Virus record (IMG/VR): IMGVR_UViG_3300033984_000205
Coordinates: 1-64,000 of that record
Strand: one strand, 5' to 3'
Length of the DNA: 64,000 bases
Source: a virus
The notes below the pieces were generated by a model. That model was given only the letters and a program-made list of their open reading frames with translations, searched no databases and had not been told where the DNA came from. The position numbers and the translations under genes are program-made. Positions 59,347-64,000 of this stretch are shown here, in pieces (positions within the stretch are counted from its first letter, which is position 1; every line of letters starts with the position of its first letter).

Positions 59347-60051
59347 TTAATTGTTTAATGTTAATTTTAAAATACTTGTTACATCATCAGTTTGAATACT
59401 AGTAAATTTACCATCTAAACCTAACCATATAATTATCCTTTTACTAACTCTTACTCCTATTTGTTCTAGCAGTAATTGATAGTAAGAAAGTTGAACTACA
59501 TAATGATTTAAAGGACAATCTAATAATGCTTCAAAAGGAGCTAACATAGTCTTGTTTTTATAATTCTTAAACAAGTCTTTATTGGTCTTGTAATCTGCAA
59601 TTATATATGATTGTGTTTTAGTGTCAAATAGGATGATGTCTGCTGTACCTGCAAACATGTACTTAAAGTGGTACATTCTAAGTTCTGCAGCTACTGGAAT
59701 AATGTGTTCTGGTACACTTTCCCAAAAGGCTACAAGAGCTTCTTCTTGAGGACAGGAAGGTTTTAAACTTCTGTTAAATTGGTAGAGTTCTCCAAAGGCA
59801 TGTACTCTATGTCCTCTATCCCTAGACTCTTGGTTTATGTCAGCCCATTGTTTTAGGACTTCTTCTGTGGTAATCCCTAATTTTCTAGCAGAATAAGGGG
59901 CAATTGCTTCAGCATCAAAATGCTCATAATACTCTGAAATTAAACCTGAGACAGATGTCTTAATAGGTTTATCTTCAACAAAGTACCTATGCTTTTTTTC
60001 TTCAAAAGTCAAGGCACTAAAAGGCTTTGTTATTTTTTCTAATAAATCCAT
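59347..60051 (-). CDS. PD-(D/E)XK (Cas4-like) exonuclease
   Basis: RGHRVH, AGTADII, IADYKT, QLSYY. Confidence 0.85.
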   Translation of the reverse strand: MDLLEKITKPFSALTFEEKKHRYFVEDKPIKTSVSGLISEYYEHFDAEAIAPYSARKLGITTEEVLKQWADINQESRDRGHRVHAFGELYQFNRSLKPSCPQEEALVAFWESVPEHIIPVAAELRMYHFKYMFAGTADIILFDTKTQSYIIADYKTNKDLFKNYKNKTMLAPFEALLDCPLNHYVVQLSYYQLLLEQIGVRVSKRIIIWLGLDGKFTSIQTDDVTSILKLTLNN

Positions 60052-60055
60052 ATCA

Positions 60056-60063
60056 CAAAGATA
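60056..60063 (-). promoter_or_regulatory. Bacteroidota sigma-A -7 element (TAnnTTTG)
   Basis: TATCTTTG on the - strand, 4 nt before the ATG at 60051. Confidence 0.55.
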
Positions 60064-60073
60064 TGGTTTTATT

Positions 60074-60658
60074 TTATTTCTCTACTTGAAAGACAATCTT
60101 TTTTATACTGTTAACTACTTTAAGAAATCTTTTTGCAATATCAAATCCCATCTTTTTAAAATTCTCAAATACAATAGAGTAGAACTCTATTGCACAACAG
60201 AAACCAGTAAAGATTAAAGTTACAGTTAGATCTTCTGTACTTACATTATCAAACTTAAAAGTCTTTATAAAGAAGACCTTTTCAATTCCCCAAACTCCTA
60301 AGATAGCACTAGCATAAGTGAAGGCTTTTACAGCTGAGAGTTTAAGTTTATCTGAAGAAATTAAAGCTGTACCTTTAAGGGAAGGGTCTAATTTTTCTTC
60401 ATCTTTTTTAATTTTCCAAGATGCTATTATACCTGTTATAAAATCTAGTATAAAAAATAATAATAAAAGTAACAAAGCTTTTTGGATTGAAGTTAAAACA
60501 GAAGCTACAACTATTGTACTTCCTGATATAACTCCTGATGGACTTGATGCCATTGCTTTTAAGTTAATTCCTAACTTAAGAAAATACTTAGTGTATAGAC
60601 TTAACCATTCCATAATGCTGCTTTTTAATATTATTATAATGTTGTATGACTTTTTCAT
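60074..60658 (-). CDS. holin (Phage_holin_4-like)
   Basis: Multiple TM helices; ILDFITGIIAS and IEFYSIVFEN motifs. Confidence 0.75.
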   Translation of the reverse strand: MKKSYNIIIILKSSIMEWLSLYTKYFLKLGINLKAMASSPSGVISGSTIVVASVLTSIQKALLLLLLFFILDFITGIIASWKIKKDEEKLDPSLKGTALISSDKLKLSAVKAFTYASAILGVWGIEKVFFIKTFKFDNVSTEDLTVTLIFTGFCCAIEFYSIVFENFKKMGFDIAKRFLKVVNSIKKIVFQVEK

Positions 60659-60672
60659 AGTAATAGTCTTTA

Positions 60673-60680
60673 CAAAAATA
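60673..60680 (-). promoter_or_regulatory. Bacteroidota sigma-A -7 element (TAnnTTTG)
   Basis: Intergenic TATTTTTG on the - strand upstream of the holin. Confidence 0.45.
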
Positions 60681-60691
60681 GTTAAAATATT

Positions 60692-60829
60692 TTACCTTCC
60701 TTGTCCTTTATAAAGTTTTTTATAGTTTTTTGAAGATTTAAGTTTAGATACTTTAGACTTTGCGTGAACTCCTGGTCTACTTACTTTAATTTTTACTTTC
60801 TTTTCTACTGTGTTAGTTTGTTTTGCCAT
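60692..60829 (-). CDS. small highly basic protein (45 aa, not in the ORF track)
   Basis: MAKQTNTVEKKVKIKVSRPGVHAKSKVSKLKSSKNYKKLYKGQGR fills the intergenic gap. Confidence 0.7.
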   Translation of the reverse strand: MAKQTNTVEKKVKIKVSRPGVHAKSKVSKLKSSKNYKKLYKGQGR

Positions 60830-60841
60830 GATTTATAGTAT

Positions 60842-61099
60842 TTATATTTGTATTGCAGCTCCTATAAGTGTGCAGTCTAAAAATGCAACTGCACTTTTTG
60901 GAACTAGTTGATTAGATGCATATGCATTAAGATTAGTTGAACCTAAATTATACTTTGCAAGTACTTGTGCTTTAGTCATACATTGATTAGCAGCAGGAAG
61001 AGTTACAAGATGAGATTGACCTGCTAGTAGAGGAAGTCCACTAGTTGATATATCTAAATGACTAATCATTTGATTTGCTAATAAATCATTCCAAGCCAT
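60842..61099 (-). CDS. hypothetical protein, tail fibre-associated
   Basis: 85 aa, coupled (TAATG) to the fibre gene. Confidence 0.6.
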   Translation of the reverse strand: MAWNDLLANQMISHLDISTSGLPLLAGQSHLVTLPAANQCMTKAQVLAKYNLGSTNLNAYASNQLVPKSAVAFLDCTLIGAAIQI

Positions 61100-64000
61100 T
61101 ATTTCTCTAATTGTTTTATTCTATTCTCTAATTCTTGAATCTTAGCAACAAGTACTTCTATATAATTTACAGATAACATTTTATTTTCTCCTTCAGATAC
61201 TTGATCAGGATATTTTTCTTGAATTTCTTGTGCAACATATCCTATGTGTACTTTGTCATCTCTCTTGTCTTTCCAAGTAAATTTAATAGTATCACCATCT
61301 TGTTCTATAATATCTTTTAGTCTAGCATCAGAAGAATTAAAAAATCCTAAAGCTGTTACATTTCCAACATTAGAAACTGTAAAAACAGTACCACTTTGTT
61401 TTATTACTCCATTTAAAACTGTTTCAGTTATTTGGTCATTACCTAAAACAGCTTGGTTGTTTTTAGTTGTAAATGAATTATACCCTATAGCAATACTATT
61501 GCTAACAGTGGTTACTTGTGGGGATATGGTATTATCATCTTGTGATCCAAGAAAAGTATTTCTAGCACCAGTTACAGTATAACCTGCTTTGTAACCAAGT
61601 CCTGTGTTTAAGCTTGAATTTATATTAGCTTTAAGTGAATCTACACCTATTGAAGTGTTATATGTACCACCAAAATTTGAATATGATGCATATCTACCAA
61701 CAGCAGTGTTTTGATACCCAGCAACATTACCTTGAAGTGCACTTGAGCCAACAGCAGTGTTCCAATTTGCATCAGTATTCTGTCTAAGTGCATCTTTACC
61801 AACTGCTGTATTTTCTTCTCCACTATTGTTTGTTTTAAGTGCTTCAGATCCTATTGCAGTATTTTGAAAACCTATTGTATTAGCTGTAAGTGTTCCTATA
61901 CCAAGTGCTGTATTGTTATTTCCAGTGTTAAATTTAAGAGACTCAAACCCTACTGCTGTATTATAAATGCCAACAAAAGGTATTGTAGGATCTACAGAAC
62001 TAGATTCTCCTACATTATTTAAAAGAGCATTTACTCCAATAGCTGTATTTTGAAAACCTCCAACATTATTTGCTAGAGCACTTTTACCAATTGCTGTATT
62101 ATTATTTGCAGTATTTACTTTAAGAGCATCTATTCCAATTGCTGTATTATTAACTGCGCTATTGGGTACAGTTGATCCCTTACCAACAGTTAAACCATTA
62201 ACTACTAAGTCTTCAGTAAAACTTTTTATTCCTGCAAATGTTTGTGGATCAATTGTTACTACTCCTCCAAAATTAAGTGAAGCAGGTTGTAAGTTTAAAA
62301 CACTTCCTGTTATTGTAGCTCCATTTACATTAGGTGCAGAACCTATAGGATTTAATGTTATTGTTCCTCCAGTCCCAACACCAATAGCAGTTCTGAAATC
62401 TGCAGCACTTAAAAGACTTACTGTATTATTTGCATTAGCTCTTAAGAATGTTATTGCTCCAGGATTTGTTACTGTAAAAATATTTGATCCAATTGTAGTT
62501 GCTCCTAAATTGGTTCTTGCTCCTGTTGCAGTAGTTGCACCTGTTCCTCCATTTGCAATAGCTAAAGTACCAGCTAATGTAATTATTCCAGATGTGGCTG
62601 TACTTGGAGTTAATCCTGTTGTCCCTCCTGAAAATGAAGTAACTGCTGAAGTCAAGTATGTACTTGTATCATAACTAATAACACCAGCAGTAGATTTTAC
62701 AAACCCTGTTCCTGATAAAGTATTTTGTTTAGATGTTGCTAAACCACTATATAAACTATTTACTGCATTATCTCCTGAGTTGTTGTTAGTTGTATTATTA
62801 AGAACAACTAATTTTGCATCAGTAACATATCTTCTATTTGTTGAATCAGCTATATCAGCAGTAGTTGCATCTGCTCCTACTGTAACTAATCCCTTAGAGT
62901 CATAAGTAATTTTTGTTTTAGTTGCTCCTGTTATTGCAGTATTTGGAGTAAGTTTATCATTAAATGTTGTCCAATCACTAGCTGTCAATAAACCTCTTCT
63001 ATTTGTTGCAGAAGATGCATTTGGAATATTAAATGTATGAGTAATATCAGTTGAATTAATATTAAAATCGTTACCTAATGCTCCTGTTGCAAATAATTGT
63101 GATGCAGATGTCAAACCATTTAATGAAGCAAGACCTGTTGTAAATGTACTTTGTATTGAACTTAAGTTAGAATTTTGTGTATATAATGTAATAGTATTTC
63201 CTGAACTTAAATTTTTAGGGTAAAACCTAATAGCAATTCTGTCAGAAGTTGTTAATGGTGCATACTCTGGTACAGCACATGTAAATGTATATAAATCAAC
63301 TGTTGTTCCATTTGTTATAACCTCAACTAAAGAGGTGGCTAAAACATAAAATGTAGATCCATTATAAACTTCAACAGTTGCATAAACTTGTAAAACATTA
63401 GAAGCAGATGCAGATAAATAACACTGAAAAAGCCAAACTCCTGCAGGTACAACTTCTTGAGTTGGTTTACCTATATCTGTAATAAAGTTTGCAAATGCAA
63501 CATCATTTACAGTTCCTGATGTAAAATTAGCACTAGTACCTAAATTTGCTCCAGTAGATAATTGATAAAAGTTATTTGCATCTATAGTTCCTTGAGATGT
63601 TCCTCCATTACAATAGTAAACTTGTCCTCCACCTCCTCCTGCTATTTCAGGAAAGGAAGCTAGCTGACCATCCCCTCTTATATATTGTGAAGCTAATCCT
63701 GCCCCTGTTACTGTAAGAGTATCACTTGATGTTACAGGACTATTAGTAACTTGAAATGCACTTGGCATACTTAGTCCTACAGATGTTACTGTTCCACTAG
63801 TAAGAGTTGGAAATGTTGCAAGTGTACCATTACCTCTTAAATATTGAGAGATAGTACCTATTGGATATGGGTAATATGCAGTAGAATCTGTTGAACCATT
63901 AGCCTTTAAAAACTGAGATGACGTGCCACCTACTACCTTATCCACTTTTAATGCATCTTGAGTGTCAACATAACTTGTTGTAGCTAATCCATTAGTAGAT
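61099..64000 (-). CDS. long tail fibre with beta-roll repeats and C-terminal peptidase S74 intramolecular chaperone (5' partial)
   Basis: Many NTA(I/V)GxxALxxN 14-aa repeats; SSDARLKDI...GYVAQEIQ...VNYIEVLVAKIQEL chaperone. Frame stays open to the window end. Confidence 0.85.
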   Translation of the reverse strand, partial: STNGLATTSYVDTQDALKVDKVVGGTSSQFLKANGSTDSTAYYPYPIGTISQYLRGNGTLATFPTLTSGTVTSVGLSMPSAFQVTNSPVTSSDTLTVTGAGLASQYIRGDGQLASFPEIAGGGGGQVYYCNGGTSQGTIDANNFYQLSTGANLGTSANFTSGTVNDVAFANFITDIGKPTQEVVPAGVWLFQCYLSASASNVLQVYATVEVYNGSTFYVLATSLVEVITNGTTVDLYTFTCAVPEYAPLTTSDRIAIRFYPKNLSSGNTITLYTQNSNLSSIQSTFTTGLASLNGLTSASQLFATGALGNDFNINSTDITHTFNIPNASSATNRRGLLTASDWTTFNDKLTPNTAITGATKTKITYDSKGLVTVGADATTADIADSTNRRYVTDAKLVVLNNTTNNNSGDNAVNSLYSGLATSKQNTLSGTGFVKSTAGVISYDTSTYLTSAVTSFSGGTTGLTPSTATSGIITLAGTLAIANGGTGATTATGARTNLGATTIGSNIFTVTNPGAITFLRANANNTVSLLSAADFRTAIGVGTGGTITLNPIGSAPNVNGATITGSVLNLQPASLNFGGVVTIDPQTFAGIKSFTEDLVVNGLTVGKGSTVPNSAVNNTAIGIDALKVNTANNNTAIGKSALANNVGGFQNTAIGVNALLNNVGESSSVDPTIPFVGIYNTAVGFESLKFNTGNNNTALGIGTLTANTIGFQNTAIGSEALKTNNSGEENTAVGKDALRQNTDANWNTAVGSSALQGNVAGYQNTAVGRYASYSNFGGTYNTSIGVDSLKANINSSLNTGLGYKAGYTVTGARNTFLGSQDDNTISPQVTTVSNSIAIGYNSFTTKNNQAVLGNDQITETVLNGVIKQSGTVFTVSNVGNVTALGFFNSSDARLKDIIEQDGDTIKFTWKDKRDDKVHIGYVAQEIQEKYPDQVSEGENKMLSVNYIEVLVAKIQELENRIKQLEK

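Noticed and set aside
59347-60051. Cas4 as part of a CRISPR-Cas locus
   Set aside because: No repeat-spacer array or other cas genes were seen, and the four-Cys Fe-S cluster pattern is absent; it is a stand-alone phage nuclease.
21542-62674. Many short + strand ORFs antisense to the virion genes (and - strand ORFs within the replication arm)
   Set aside because: They lie wholly inside long, motif-bearing genes on the opposite strand and have no recognisable features; they are shadow ORFs.
1-64000. Stop-codon reassignment, as seen in some crAss-like phages
   Set aside because: Very long ORFs are intact in the standard code, and TAA, TAG and TGA all end genes at sensible boundaries.
1-64000. 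tRNA genes, integrase or transposase
   Set aside because: Intergenic gaps are too short and AT-rich for cloverleaf structures, and no recombinase or transposase motifs were recognised.

Overview
This window is a 64-kb segment of a lytic dsDNA bacteriophage with crAss-like (Crassvirales / phi14:2-like) organisation, AT-rich and probably infecting Bacteroidota. The host call rests on TAnnTTTG promoters, AT-rich translation starts without Shine-Dalgarno sites, and a DUF285 protein. Two arms converge on a hairpin at about 20.4 kb. The + strand arm (1-20377) holds replication and nucleotide genes: family A DNA polymerase (partial), SF2 helicase, DnaB-like helicase, AAA ATPase, putative SSB, primase, Holliday junction resolvase, PD-(D/E)XK exonuclease, GroES, ATP-dependent ligase and MazG. 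The - strand arm (20420-64000) holds virion genes: a 4398-aa virion RNA polymerase (DYDID motif plus a zincin HExxH), other cargo proteins, tail muzzle and ring proteins, several fibres and adhesins, an IHF-like protein, an L7/L12-like protein, a nuclease and a holin. The most striking element is an apparently complete phage-encoded ubiquitin-like conjugation operon inside the replication module (8310-13084). It reads Ubl precursor, E2-like, JAB protease, E1/ThiF and a coupled unknown gene, and follows a catalytically degenerate uracil-DNA glycosylase. CpG dinucleotides are extremely depleted across the window. All protein calls come from motif recognition by eye; no database searches were run.
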